Below the pieces are notes generated by a model. That model made no database searches. It was not told where the DNA came from and worked only from the letters and a program-made list of their open reading frames with translations. A stretch of 63,830 nt of DNA, the filler included, from Octopus bimaculoides (lineage: Eukaryota), in the NCBI RefSeq assembly GCF_001194135.2. It is 6 parts of 6 records of this genome, joined end to end, with 100 filler letters (N's around TTAATTAATTAA, not from the genome) between each part and the next. Parts side by side here need not be neighbours in the genome. Positions count along the whole stretch, not along the records: positions 22,376 to 36,411 come from NC_068981.1; positions 36,512 to 56,933 come from NC_068993.1; 4 more parts are not named here. One strand, written 5' to 3'. Below, piece by piece: positions 25,637-39,503 of the stretch (positions within the stretch are counted from its first letter, which is position 1; each line of letters opens with the position of its first letter). The position numbers were made by a program, and so were the translations under genes.

Positions 25637-25975
25637 ATAACCTACGATGAAAGTAGACAAACAAATTTTGCTTTAGAAGTGTTGAGACGTATTGAATGAT
25701 ACAGAAATAATTTATTGTCAACCGCATGAGAATGCTAATACAATGGCATGAACAGGATAATCTATCTACCACTTGAAGTGTAATCCCAGATATGTGAGTT
25801 CGAGTCTCATCGCTGGCATTATCGATTTTTTCTGCAATATATGGATAGTTTATCCTGTTTATGCTATTGTATTAGCATTATCATGCGTTTGAGAATAAAT
25901 TATTTCTACATCTTTCAATATATCTCAACGCTTCCAAAGCAAACTTTGTTTACTTTCATCGTAAGTTGAATTTAA
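25637..25975. mobile_element. Fold-back element with about 130-bp arms and a tRNA-like loop
   Basis: tacgatgaaagtagacaaacaaattttgctttagaag...caggataa pairs with ttatcctg...cttccaaagcaaactttgtttactttcatcgtaag. The loop contains gtgagttcgagtctca, a B-box/T-arm-like motif. Confidence 0.75.
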
Positions 25976-26091
25976 CGTTAGCGTCTTATAAAGCTAGATT
26001 TATAAATCCTAAAATTGCACAATAATTCCTTACTGGGTAGTTTAGCTTAAAGGTAAAGCACCTAACGCGTAATATATATATATATATACAT

Positions 26092-26420
26092 ATGTCTGGC
26101 TGAGACACTCAGTCGGTTATGACGACGAGTGTTTTAGCTGATTCGATCAACAGAACCTCCAGTTTGTGAAATTAAAATGCATGTAACTGGGCACTCTACA
26201 GATACGTGTACCCTTAACGTAGTTCTCAGGGAGATTTAGCGTGACAGGGAATGTAACAAGATTGGCCCTTTGAACTACAGGTACTACTAATTTTTGGCAG
26301 CTGATTGAAGTGGAGCAACATGAAATAAAGTGTCTTGCTCAAGGACACAACTTGTAACCTGGAATCGAACACGCAACCTTACGCTCGAGAATCAATTACA
26401 CTAACCACTATACCACACAC
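26092..26420 (-). mobile_element. tRNA-derived SINE (related to 47185-47570)
   Basis: Shares acgtgtacccttaacgtagttctc..gggagattt.gcgtgaca with the reverse complement of the 47185 element; tRNA-like head at the high-coordinate end. Confidence 0.7.
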
Positions 26421-28619
26421 TTTCATACGCGTGCGAGCACACATATATATATAGATCTATATGTATGCATTTGCGTGTCATGTGTAAGTGTTTACACAAT
26501 CGTCACTAGAAAACCAGTATTCTGTTTTTTTATGTCCCTATTACTTAGCAGTACAGCAAAACTGGTCGCATGAATAAGTAACGGCCTTTCATAAATACTT
26601 GGATTCTTTCGTTCGACTGAAATCCGTCAAGGTGGTACTCCAGAATATCTACAGTCAAAGAACTGGAACAACTGAAAGAAAAAAGAAATGTATGTGTGTG
26701 TATGTGTGTGTTTGTGTGCGTGCGTACACGCGCTTATACGCTTTTCCCCACACAGATTGAACATCGGTGTTGTTTCTTTATGTTTCCATAACATAGCAGT
26801 TCTGCAAAAGACACCGATAGAAAAGAGAGCGTTGTATCAGATTAAAATACATAACTAATGGGGTTATTTCCTCGACTAAATCTCTTTGGGACCGTACTCC
26901 ATCATGACTGCAGTAAAATAATTAAGATATGTGATGGATAAAAAGATTCTTGGTTAAAGGTTGGTCAACTAGATCAACTGCATTCCTTGACTACTGCTTA
27001 TCAGCCACAGAATTAGAAAAGGCAAACTTCTTGTTTTGGTGGGATTTGAACTCAAAACGTATTGGGCGCAGTCAAATAACAAGGAATTTTACCGGACGTC
27101 TACCATTTCTGCCATCTATCGACTATGTTTTAAAAAGACAATTCAGTTATCTCACCAGGACTAGAGGCACCTCTAAAGATATTAATGGCCAGCATTTTAT
27201 TTCATTTTGCACTTTGAATTGTTACTAAACTTCATTCTAAACAACATACACAATAAATATAATGACAATAGATACAACAACAATATTATGCATGATGTTT
27301 TTTTTATGGGTTTCTAATTAATCTAAATCATAATATTAGTATTTCTATTCTTAATGTTTTGGCAATATCATCGCCTCAGTGTGTTTCAGTAGAAGAAACA
27401 GATGTGCATCTTTTCAAATGAATAGGAATGAAAACAACTGAAAATGAAAAGCATTCAGAAAATAGAATTATCATCTTGACAAGAAAAGAAAAATTAATTG
27501 CTTCCTTAAAAAATATGATCAGCCTAAAAATAAATAGAAAAACATTTTTTTTTTCTCCTTAGCTTAACAGAAATGCAGCGAAGAACGTGATAAAAAAAAC
27601 GTCATTTCTTAAAATTCATTTTTTCCTTGATAAAAACAAATCAATCAAACTATTAACATTGTCAATATGTTATTAAAAGAAATTAATTTTAAACAAAAAA
27701 TAAAGATATTACAACATGCATCTTACGTAATATGACAGCAGGTAAAAATATGGACTTTGATAAATATAATTTTTTGTATGTAATAGGATATTTCGAATAT
27801 TCCTCATTCGATTTTATGTTTTCTTTTTCTTCTTTCTATTTCACATTGTACCTGTAGATATACTCCACATGCAAATTCTTTAAATACAGAAGAAGTTATG
27901 AAAACAAAAGAGGAGATAAAAAAAAAACAAAGAAGTAGCACAACAGTTTAAATCTTTACTTGACGGGTGAAATGCGTTTTGCAATATGCTAGAAAAAGAA
28001 AAACAGACTTGTGTATAATTTATTAGAAAAGTTTCAATGCTAGTCATATTAGATTTTTCTGTTCTGTACATTCTTCATTTTGCCATATTAACATTCTTCT
28101 TTATATCTTTATGTTCTTCTAACTTTTTTTTTATAAATCGTTTTTCCATACCGTTATATGAATCATCGGAGAAATTTCGTTGAGTTTGGGGAATTCGAAA
28201 CTTCAGCAAGTAATATCGTATTTATAAAAATACTTTCATCTTTTAAGTTATTAATTGTTTTCATGTTGTCATGGTGGCGAGTTCCTAACATTTATCCAAA
28301 TACACATCACTCTGTCTATAATTGAATTTACAATTACAGTATGAATGAACGTGGCTTCACGACAAACATAAACATGCAAGAATTTTACAAAAATGATTTG
28401 ATCAATCTACATAAATATTGTACTTGATATTCATTCGGGAATTTCTGCTGAAAATTACAGACGTTAATCTAAAACTTTGATTATCAATTAAAATAAATTT
28501 AAATGGTAAAATAGATTTCATCACCGCTCAAAATTTGAAAATGGCTTGTGCAATACATTATTTAACACATGCAAACATATAGACAAGTATGCATACGCAA
28601 TAGGTCAAGACGTTTTGTG

Positions 28620-29420
28620 GTCACTTCTATATATTAGTAACCTACTGACTAATACATCCAACATCACCCACTTTTACGCAGATGATATGGCCATATTTCC
28701 TCCCTAATCTTCTACGACTATACCTCATTCACACGCAGCCGAGTACCCGCTAAACCTGCACTGATTCCATGAACGGAGATCGTTCCTTCTTCAGTGGTAA
28801 CGGGCGTTAATCTTGTCTTATTTAATAGCAAAAGAAATAAAAATTAAAACAAAGCAAAACGTAAGCACTCCTCATAACCCGAAAACCACATCGCCCCTAC
28901 ATACCCTAAAAATGACCGGTACTGAGCTAAAAGTTATAATACTGAAACTCATTATCACTGAGGCTCTCTCCTGACGAATGCATATCCTTAACAAAACTAG
29001 ACTTATATCCCAAAGGTTTATCTTACGTATAAATGTTGCCGACATGTTAGAAACACAAACGAAACCCAGGACGGAGTACAGCTTCAGCATCTGAAACTGT
29101 GCTGTTTTTACGCATACAGACATCTTGAACTCTGTTCATACGAAACTATTCATACGGAAGCTACTCGATGATCAGTATTTAATACCTGATATACTCCAGT
29201 CTCTGTCCACAGTTGTACTCTCTGTCTTTTACACCGGTACTTTAATTGCTTCTCTTCCTGAAAGCTAGCTGTCTGATTTTACCCCCTCGGTTCTCTGCTC
29301 CTTGCAAATTTTGTTGCATCTAATTCCAAACTCACTAACGATGTTATCCAGTCTCTCTTTCCCAGAATATCAGCAGTCTGGAATGCCCATTTGTCATGCT
29401 TTTCCTGCAGGCGTTGACCA
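28620..29420 (+). mobile_element. Degraded CR1/Jockey-group LINE RT fragment
   Basis: LLYISNLLTNTSNITHFYADDMAIF contains the RT YADD motif; downstream frames are heavily disrupted. Confidence 0.55.
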
Positions 29421-29919
29421 GCAATAATATAAACGGAATATTAAAAGTTATCCGGAGAAATATTCATATAATCGTGCATCATATATTTGTATATTACTGA
29501 AGATGCAAATTTAGCTTTTGCAAACCAGACAAAATTTCTTCCCTTACAAAACTAGTTTCGAATATTGTGGTTAAATTATATGCCATATACTTATTTATAA
29601 TTCTATATTAGATACTTTTATGAAATGCATATTATATACGATATAGTTTTGAAAGCTACAAAATTCGACACAAGGAAGTGGTAAGTCTTTTCTCATCTCT
29701 GGATAAAAAATGTTCGCTCCACTTGTATCGCTTGTTTCCTTTGGGAAGGATGCGCTTCATAAGTAATCTCTGTTATGAAAATAATGTTGATGAACAACTA
29801 AATAAGCAGCAATACATAAATTCAGACATGTATATTTATATGTAATTATCTATCCATCTATCTACCTATCAATCTATTTATCTCTCTCTATATATATACA
29901 TATACATATATATGCATAA

Positions 29920-29963
<44 letters not shown>

Positions 29964-31483
29964 ATATGTGTATATATNNNNNNNNNNNNNNNNNNNNNNN
30001 NNNNNNNNNNNNNNNNNNNNNNNNNNNNNNNNNNNNNNNNNNNNNNNNNNNNNNNNNNNNNNNNNNNNNNNNNNNNNNNNNNNNNNNNNNNNNNNNNNNN
30101 NNNNNNNNNNNNNNNNNNNNNNNNNNNNNNNNNNNNNNNNNNNNNNNNNNNNNNNNNNNNNNNNNNNNNNNNNNNNNNNNNNNNNNNNNNNNNNNNNNNN
30201 NNNNNNNNNNTATATATATTCAATGTCCTTTTTATTTAATAAAATATGAAAATCTCTATGATAATAAACAGCTATGTTGCATATGAGTTTTTCTTTCTGC
30301 AAGCCAAACATTTTGATACAGACAAGACGTCGTATATTTTACTTACATCTATCAAAATATGGTTATGAAGACTGAAGAAAATAGGTCCTACGTATCCTTG
30401 GAAAAGTTGCATATTTTAGGCGTATATGTTGGACAGACAGACTATATATTTTTTATTGTGGATAAAACAGTGTTAGAAAATGTTATTAAAGATATCGTAT
30501 TGATATTTATCATAATATTTCAATAACAATATATTACTTAAGGCATATACTTATACAAATTTTATAAATATTTCTGTATACACTTGAATCTATCTAAGAT
30601 AAGGGAAAGCGTTCTCATGCTAAGATAAAAATCGGTTATGTGTGTTTGTGTGTGTTTGCATGCGTGCGTGTGCATACTCGTGTATTTATGTGCATTTGTG
30701 TGTATATACATATATATATATGCATGTATATATATATATGTGTGTGTAAGTGTGCACAACTATTTACATATATATATATACATGAGTGCCCATGTGTTTC
30801 TATGTGTGTTTGTATATGTGTATGTGGAAATATGAAGCCATATCCGAAATGTGTGTATATGTCCGGGAATATTAATATAAAATTAATGGGTCTGTGCAAA
30901 AAAAGATGTTACGGTGCACGACAATATATCAAAACTGTTTTATAACTTTAAAAACACGTCTCCAATAATGAAAAAAGCATATATACCATTTCTGATATTA
31001 AGAAGTTTGAAGATTCTTAGCTGAAATGTAACTATTTTGTAAAGTGCCAGCAAAACCCCAGCACATTCGAGCCATTTGTTCAAGCCATGAATGCCATGAA
31101 ATGAAATATGTATGTGTTATGCAAAGATTAATTTATGTCGGTGAGCTGACAGAATTGTTGGCACATGGGACAAATTACTTAGCTGCGTTCCTTCCTACTC
31201 TTTAGATTCTGTGTTCAAATTTCACCGAGGTCAAATTTGCTTTTCATCGATTCAGGACTGATAAAATAAAGTCGGTGTAATTCAGATGTCCCATTCCCCC
31301 AAACCCGTTCGTCTTGAATACAACAGCGAACCAGCGTCCCGTTCAGAAAGACTTTTGTGCGGTTTGCCACTTATACGCTATGGAAACCAGGAAACCCGTT
31401 TTATGAGAAGTAGGACTCAAGAAAAATAATAAATCCGGGTGTGCGGACGAATTCAGAACGCTTGCCAAGTGCTTTACAGTCGG

Positions 31484-31725
31484 TCACGGATCCGTGGTCA
31501 CGTTGCAGCTGACCATGTCAGGTCTTGCAACATTGAAGTTGCACACTGAGCCTTGAGGAACAGTCATAATGTCGCCATTTTGATACTTAGCGTGAATGAT
31601 CATAATACAGTCAAATCTCTTCCAATATTCAGGTGCTTCCAGTCCTGCATGCCAGATATTTTCTTCTGCTATAGCTTTAATCTTTATGCCCTCCATCAGC
31701 GTTTGCTGTTCCCCTATACACCAAG
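31484..31725 (-). CDS. Orphan terminal-exon-like ORF encoding a small Cys-containing domain
   Basis: Candidate acceptor ccttttgttcacgagcag|CT in phase 1, then 79 sense codons to TGA: WCIGEQQTLMEGIKIKAIAEENIWHAGLEAPEYWKRFDCIMIIHAKYQNGDIMTVPQGSVCNFNVARPDMVSCNVTTDP*. Non-repetitive, more GC-rich than its flanks, no transposon motif recognised. Confidence 0.5.
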
Positions 31726-32043
31726 CTGCTCGTGAACAAAAGGTGGTACAAAAATTCACTAGATTTAACCTAACACACTGTACACACACGTACCATGCAT
31801 GAACGCCGTTTTATATATGCAGAAGCTTGGACTCGAGTCCTACGGGCATTGTTCGTCTTCTCCATCCAAAAGGTTTTTACAATTTTATCTACCTCGCGTG
31901 CCACCGTTAAAAACGATATTATATATATATATATATATATATATACAAAATTAAAATTTGTATAGACAAATTTACCGATAATGGGTTTTTTTCATACACC
32001 GAACTACTTGGTAAAATTACTAATTATTAATTTCTACCCTATA

Positions 32044-32080
<37 letters not shown>

Positions 32081-32519
32081 CTTTACTATTTTACACGTTT
32101 TGGCCCTAAGGCCGTGGCCATGCTGGGACACCATGATTGGTTTTTGGTGAAGGAGGGTGTTCGACACTGCTGCCTTCTTTTGAATCTCTTGCCTTGATAT
32201 TGGCTCATCTGGGCCTAGGGACGGCAAGAGATCAAATTGTTTCTTATAAAAACCTACCTCCCTCCCACACACACACACTCCATGAAGATCCCTCAGATGC
32301 TGTGGACCCTTGAATACCTAGCCACTGATTGCTGTAGATGGTATTTACTCTAGATGGGATAGCTGGAATCTTAGGAACAGAGCGGTGATGCCTAGTTCAG
32401 GGTCTGGTATAGCTCTCCATTCCAAAGTTTTCTGCCAGCCCCACTAGGATCTTCCATATATATAACCCTGCATACCTTCCCATCTCCATACGTATTTATG
32501 TATGTATGTATGTATGTAT

Positions 32520-33310
32520 GTACGTATGCACACAAGGTGCCTTCCAGAGGTTTTGAGACTTTATCGGGAGAGACAATTGTAAATTTCAAAGAGCGACAAA
32601 GCTCTAATCTGTTTAAAATTAATTCCTCTAGTTTCAACGCACTTATAGCGCGTCAGTCATTTCATGAAGATCGTGTAAAAGGAATTTCTCCAGCCTGCTA
32701 CATCTTTTTCTTCATCTTTCAAACACTCTAAATTCATATAGAGTAAGGCCTAGAATGTAGGTTGAGGGAGTGATAGTTTTCAGTCCAATCTCTGTCAAGT
32801 AGTTGGTTATCAGGATAGAATTAAGGACTGGAGCATTGAGATGGTTCAGGCATTCTGGCCATTTGCAATGAAATCACTCCGAGAACACTCTAAAACCTTC
32901 AACAATGTAGCCTTTGTTGATCGTCTGGCCACGGAGAACATAGTACAATCAGATGATGATTTTGCGGCCGAAAAAAGGGCTCTTCACGAACTTCCAGGTG
33001 GACTTGCAGTCTGCAGAGTTTTCATAAGTTTCTGAAATGTTGTTGCCCAGTTGAACGCAAAACGGGTATATAGAACAGTCTGAATTCTTTTCACAGCTCG
33101 ACTGCATTCTGCCAACTAGCCCACTGTGACGAGCTGTGTTTAGTAGCGTGTATTGAAAGAGCTGTTACGGCCGTATCCTTCAATCTGAAATGACAAAATT
33201 TACAGATCAGCTTAGATATTAAATATAACGTCATGTAAAAGTTACCATCATCTAAGATAGTTAGAACTGCCTCTGATAAAACTTCACAAAACATGTGGAA
33301 TTCCCCTCAT
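32520..33310 (-). mobile_element. Degraded, internally deleted mariner transposon
   Basis: Minus-strand fragments FCVQLGNNISETYE..., PGQTINKGY... and HLNAPVLNSILITNYLTEIGLKT resemble mariner HDNAPVHNSILVTDYLTKMGIKT; TIR-like atatgagggg end at about 33303-33312. Confidence 0.75.
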
Positions 33311-33313
33311 ATA

Positions 33314-33355
<42 letters not shown>

Positions 33356-33517
33356 TACATAAGTGTGTGACTTCGGGCAAGCGGTAGCTAGATAGCTCGA
33401 TTAATAGATAGATACATATATACAGCCATATAAATATATACACACAAACACATGTATATATTCATAGATGTATATATTCATAGATATATAAATATTATTT
33501 TGTTAATGTATATCTAT

Positions 33518-33734
33518 ATATTCTTTTCTACTCTAGGCACAAGGTCCGAATTTTTTAGGGAAGGCCAGTCGATTAGATCGACCGCAGTACGCAACTGGCC
33601 CATAATTTATCGACTCAGAAAGGATGAAAGGTAAAGTCGACTTCGGCGGAATTTGAAATCAGAACGTAAAGACAGACGAAATACCACTAAGCACTTCGCC
33701 CGGTGTGCTAACGATTCTACCAGCTCACCGCCTT
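33518..33734 (-). mobile_element. tRNA-derived SINE, family A
   Basis: Reverse complement of aaggcggtgagctggtagaatcgttagcacaccggg...gccttgtgcctagagtagaaaagaat; same family as 53121 and 59206. Confidence 0.85.
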
Positions 33735-33767
33735 ACATAAATGTATATCAATATATATATGTATACA

Positions 33768-33828
<61 letters not shown>

Positions 33829-35250
33829 ATATATGTATAAATCTTTGTGTGTGTGCGTGTATGCTGTTAGATATATATTTTTGTATGTGTACGTGTATAT
33901 GTGTGTGAAGTGTTCGTATGTGTGTGTTATACATTATTACCAAACTCCAATGAGAAAAGAATTAACCCTAACTGAATGTGGTTCTTCGTATATATGATGC
34001 ACGGAGAAAAGATCAGTTACTTATCAGTTAGTGTATAATTGGTCGGCTTCACAAGAAACTGCCAATTAGAGCTGGCTTTAACAGCTCATGGCTCCTGGTT
34101 ATAGTTTCACTGAAGAAATGCTTACATGGAAACAACTGTGACAATACTTCACGACTATGTAAAGTGACGTAATGATGAACACCGGTATTGACACATCAGT
34201 CACGCAGTTACATACTCATATACTCAGCAGTTCTTATGGCAAATACTAACGCAATTACTTACACATACACGCATACACATCTATCAATCTATCTAGAGCG
34301 GTAACTTTCTAACTATCTATCTTTCTATCTATCTATTAAATATATGTATGAATTATATATATATATATATNNNNNNNNNNNNNNNNNNNNNNNNNNNNNN
34401 NNNNNNNNNNNNNNNNNNNNNNNNNNNNNNNNNNNNNNNNNNNNNNNNNNNNNNNNNNNNNNNNNNNNNNNNNNNNNNNNNNNNNNNNNNNNNNNNNNNN
34501 NNNNNNNNNNNNNNNNNNNNNNNNNNNNNNNNNNNNNNNNNNNNNNNNNNNNNNNNNNNNNNNNNNNNNNNNNNNNNNNNNNNNNNNNNNNNNNNNNNNN
34601 NNNNNNNNNNNNNNNNNNNNNNNNNNNNNNNNNNNNNNNNNNNNNNNNNNNNNNNNNNNNNNNNNNNNNNNNNNNNNNNNNNNNNNNNNNNNNNNNNNNN
34701 NNNNNNNNNNNNNNNNNNNNNNNNNNNNNNNNNNNNNNNNNNNNNNNNNNNNNNNNNNNNNNNNNNNNNNNNNNNNNNNNNNNNNNNNNNNNNNNNNNNN
34801 NNNNNNNNNNNNNNNNNNNNNNNNNNNNNNNNNNNNNNNNNNNNNNNNNNNNNNNNNNNNNNNNNNNNNNNNNNNNNNNNNNNNNNNNNNNNNNNNNNNN
34901 NNNNNNNNNNNNNNNNNNNNNNNNNNNNNNNNNNNNNNNNNNNNNNNNNNNNNNNNNNNNNNNNNNNNNNNNNNNNNNNNNNNNNNNNNNNNNNNNNNNN
35001 NNNNNNNNNNNNNNNNNNNNNNNNNNNNNNNNNNNNNNNNNNNNNNNNNNNNNNNNNNNNNNNNNNNNNNNNNNNNNNNNNNNNNNNNNNNNNNNNNNNN
35101 NNNNNNNNNNNNNNNNNNNNNNNNNNNNNNNNNNNNNNNNNNNNNNNNNNNNNNNNNNNNNNNNNNNNNNNNNNNNNNNNNNNNNNNNNNNNNNNNNNNN
35201 NNNNNNNNNNNNNNNNNNNNNNNNNNNNNNNNNNNNNNNNNNNNNNNNNN

Positions 35251-35304
<54 letters not shown>

Positions 35305-36015
35305 CACGTATGCATGTATGTATGTATAGTACACATGTATATATGAATTTATGAATATATATATAGCTACATAAATGCACACGTAAATGTGTGTACATTT
35401 ATATATGTATGTATATGCGTATGTATGTATGTATGTGTGTATGTATGTATGTATGAATGCATATATGTATGACCATGCAAATGAGTTTGCTTGCTTGTGA
35501 GTGTGCATGAAACGCCTATGTATAATTGCAAGCGAAACCGTAATACTTGAGCACAAAAAATAATTTAAAACTTTGCTAATGACGATAATAAATTTGAAGG
35601 TGACAATTTTTTGAAGTATTTTTCATACTAATTATAGGCATTCCTCTGTGTTTTCCCATCACCTCTCATGGCTGCATTTTAATATGGCCTTTAAAGGCTG
35701 TGCAAATGAAGTACAACGTATGTAAGCAATGAATATATATACTCCATCATTGCTTGAAGGTGGTTATCACCATTAACAAGGATTGTTCGTGTAGATCAGA
35801 ATTTACATGATTTCTACCAACAGACAACCTATTGTCGACATTCTTTTGTTAGTAATTATGAGTTCATCAGAAGTCGGTTAGTTTTACTTCTCGATGATTC
35901 CTACTTCGTCTCCTTTTATAAGATAATTTCGCACATGTTAAATGTATGCTACGGTCTGATTTTTAAAAAAATTATTTCGTTAGACAGAAGGAAATATTAC
36001 GTATTTTTTAAAAAT

Positions 36016-36072
<57 letters not shown>

Positions 36073-36559
36073 AGTCATATCATATTGTTGTTGTAATTGT
36101 TGGTGTTTTGCTGTTGTTTCTATTGTGTTTTGTTGTTGTGGTGATTCTGTCATCTCAAGTGACTTTTAGCCTGTATATTTTTGCACACAATTCGATTGCT
36201 GTAATAACTTTTGCGATATTGTTTATGATCACTCCTATATAATTTTGCAGCAATGACATTTCTTTGACTTATCATTGTTCCCTATTATTATCATATAAAT
36301 GCTGAACATCTGAACTGAGTGAAATAGTAATTGCATATTGTTATTTTATTTTATGAACACATTTAATTACACAAAATACTTATATAAACGTTTCTTCTGT
36401 CATTATATATANNNNNNNNNNNNNNNNNNNNNNNNNNNNNNNNNNNNNNNNNNNNTTAATTAATTAANNNNNNNNNNNNNNNNNNNNNNNNNNNNNNNNN
36501 NNNNNNNNNNNGTGTTTGGGTCATTCCATAAATAATGCGATTTCTTACACTTTTATTTT

Positions 36560-37400
36560 TCAAAATTAAGATAAACTAAGTTCTCTTTTATACTAAGCTA
36601 TACTCTCCTCCACTTTATACAATGCTCTTCCATCTATCTGGTAGACTTGCAAGGCCCTTCTTCCAAAATTCACTTGTTCGTGACGAAAAATACTTCTCCA
36701 CTACTGTTCTGACGACGTCTACAGAATTCATATTTTTCAGTCAAAATGATTTTGAAAACTACGGAATAAATGATAATCAGATGGAGCAATATCCCATTCA
36801 AATTGCACCGACCTTTTGAATGTCATCCTCACTGTATATGGCCGCGAAGAACACCTTTCGTCTTGAAACCAATGGTGGTCTTTTTCTTTTTTCTAATGCA
36901 GGCGTCGATGAATGATTGAACGACCAAATCCAAGCTTCTCTGCTACTTCCTCAACATTTACGATGGGATTTTGTTCCACTAGGGTTTGTAGGGCGTCCTC
37001 GCCGAGATCTACATATCATCCACAACGACGCTCGTCTTCTAGGCTGTACTTTCCAGCTCGTGAATTCTGGAACGACAGTTAACACTGGTTTACGTCTATT
37101 GCCCGATCACCATATACTGCATTAATATTCCTCGCACATTCCGTTGCGTTGTTTCCTTTATTGAAATCATAAACTAAATGTGTCGAATATGCTCCTTTGC
37201 CACTTCCATTATAGCATTGAAAAAATAACTGTTAAAATCGAACTGCACTCTTCAGAACTTGCACTAAGAATAAGTGAAAGGTAAAATTACTACTTGCCTT
37301 TATAGGAAGTTGATACAGATAGTTTATTCCATCCACCTCCGACTTTTTGTTCATGCAATTGAAAAAACCGCATTATTTATGGGATGACCCAATAGAAAAG
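36560..37400 (-). mobile_element. Degraded Mos1-like mariner
   Basis: Fragments VYGDRAIDVNQC, LEDERR, LQTLVEQNP...VEEVAEKLGFGRSIIHRRL and FWKKGLASLPDRWKSIV*SGGEY. Confidence 0.8.
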
Positions 37401-37559
37401 AAGAAATGTCTCCTTCTCGAGCCATACCAGGCTCATAAGGGCCGGTTACCCGGTTTCAGTGGCGTAAAAATTTCCCACCTGGACGGGACGCCGATCCATC
37501 TCAGGATTACTCATTTTGCCAGCTGATTGGACTGGAGCAACGTAAAATGGGAATGACCC

Positions 37560-37638
<79 letters not shown>

Positions 37639-38046
37639 CGTACTGTTTGTTCCGTGATGGAAAAGTAGTTTATCTCTTGAGAGATAAATATTATTTAATA
37701 AGCACAATATTTATGTGCTACTATTAGTTTCGTGTACTGAGAGCAAGCCAAGCAGTGTTTTTAACACGACTGATGATCTAGCACAGTCATAAGACACTAC
37801 CCACAAGGCATAACTAATTAAAATTGGGACGATAGGATGAGAGAAAAAACGAGTAAAAGTAGAAATTAAACAAAGTTCTTTAACTGAATTCTATTTAAAC
37901 TTGAAAAAATTAAATTCCCCTTCTTTAGTATCTCTAAAAGCAAAAACGTGTCCATAATGTGTGTGTGTGTGTGGATACGTGCGTGCAGGCGTGCGTGCGT
38001 GTGTGTATGCACACACTAATCAGTGTAAATCTAATTTTATTTCCAG

Positions 38047-38192
38047 ACCGAATTCGGCGGAGCTGAAATTGGTAACAGATTGCATGAGCAAAATAACCGA
38101 TTGTCAAGACCTTCAGAAGTTCGTAAGCTATGCTGGAATCAATATCAGCCATGTGCTTGATAACATTCCTGTATTGTGTAAAGGCAAGGAGG
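38047..38192 (+). CDS. Internal exon A of an uncharacterised Cys-containing, probably GPI-anchored protein
   Basis: Acceptor ttttatttccag|A and donor GAG G|gtaaga; 146 nt, phase 2 to phase 1. Open frame PNSAELKLVTDCMSKITDCQDLQKFVSYAGINISHVLDNIPVLCKGKE. Confidence 0.8.
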
Positions 38193-39452
38193 GTAAGATA
38201 TTTTGTTCTTGTTCACAGTTGCTGCTGCTGTTGTTGATGTTGTTGTGGTGGTGGGGGAAGGTTGCTGTTGTTGATGTTGTTGTGGTGGTGGGGGAGGGTT
38301 GCTGTTGTTGTCGTTGTTGTTAGAGGTGGTGGTGGTGGTGGTGGTGGTGGTTGTGGTTGTGGNNNNNNNNNNNNNNNNNNNNNNNNNNNNNNNNNNNNNN
38401 NNNNNNNNNNNNNNNNNNNNNNNNNNNNNNNNNNNNNNNNNNNNNNNNNNNNNNNNNNNNNNNNNNNNNNNNNNNNNNNNNNNNNNNNNNNNNNNNNNNN
38501 NNNNNNNNNNNNNNNNNNNNNNNNNNNNNNNNNNNNNNNNNNNNNNNNNNNNNNNNNNNNNNNNNNNNNNNNNNNNNNNNNNNNNNNNNNNNNNNNNNNN
38601 NNNNNNNNNNNNNNNNNNNNNNNNNNNNNNNNNNNNNNNGTGGTGGTGGTGGTGGTGGTGGCATTGGTGGTAGCGGTGGTGGTGGTGGCGATGGTGATGG
38701 TGCTGTTGGTGTTGTTGGCGTTCCCTTTGATTTAGCAGTTGATATCCACCAAAGGTAGATGAAGCAACAGATTGGAGTGTTTCCTGTAAATCGTTCGTGA
38801 ACCATTTAACTTTCGAATCTCCTATGTTTGTAGCTGTATGCTGGTAGCACAATATAGCAATCTATCTATCATCGTTATAAGCCGTAACAGCATTGTAGAA
38901 CTTGATGCTAGATTTCACGCTTTGCTGTTTCGGAATTCTACTGCACCTCTCGGATGACGAAAAGAGAGCGATGGAACCCAACAATTTTTCACTTGGCCCT
39001 AAATACAAACCGGAAACGAACTATTAACTAGTGCATTTGTAAACAACAGTTTACTGGCCATTTACCATATGGTTCGTTCGTTAATAATAATAATAATAAT
39101 AATAATAAAAATAAAGAAGAGTTCAACTGTTATCGAATGAACAATATTTCGACATCTCGTGTATCTTCCACAAGTTCATTCGATAACAGTCGCACACTTC
39201 TTTATTTATTTTTTTTTTACTTTCTGGAGAAGTAACATCAATCCTTTAAATATTTATAATAATGATAATAATAATAATAATGACAATAACAACAACTGCC
39301 CACATCCTTAGAAAAACCTTATCAGTTTAATGTTTAATTATAAGCATTCAGTTATATTTCAACATCTCTTAATTAACTTTCACTTGCTCTAGGGCGCTGG
39401 TTGTGTCTTGGCAAGTGATTGCATCAGAAATGCAGATTAAAAGTAAATAACA

Positions 39453-39502
<50 letters not shown>

Positions 39503-39503
<1 letters not shown>

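Noticed and set aside
28070-28300. Minus-strand GCCACCATG Kozak match and a ...GMEKRF... neuropeptide-like dibasic site
   Set aside because: The Kozak ATG is followed by a stop after three codons, and the KR-containing frame has no start or signal peptide.
38736-38850. Exon-like sequence after the (GGT)n array (...DEATDWSVSCKSFVNH...)
   Set aside because: The available acceptors give frames that stop at once, and exons 38047-38192 and 45886-46030 already join in phase.
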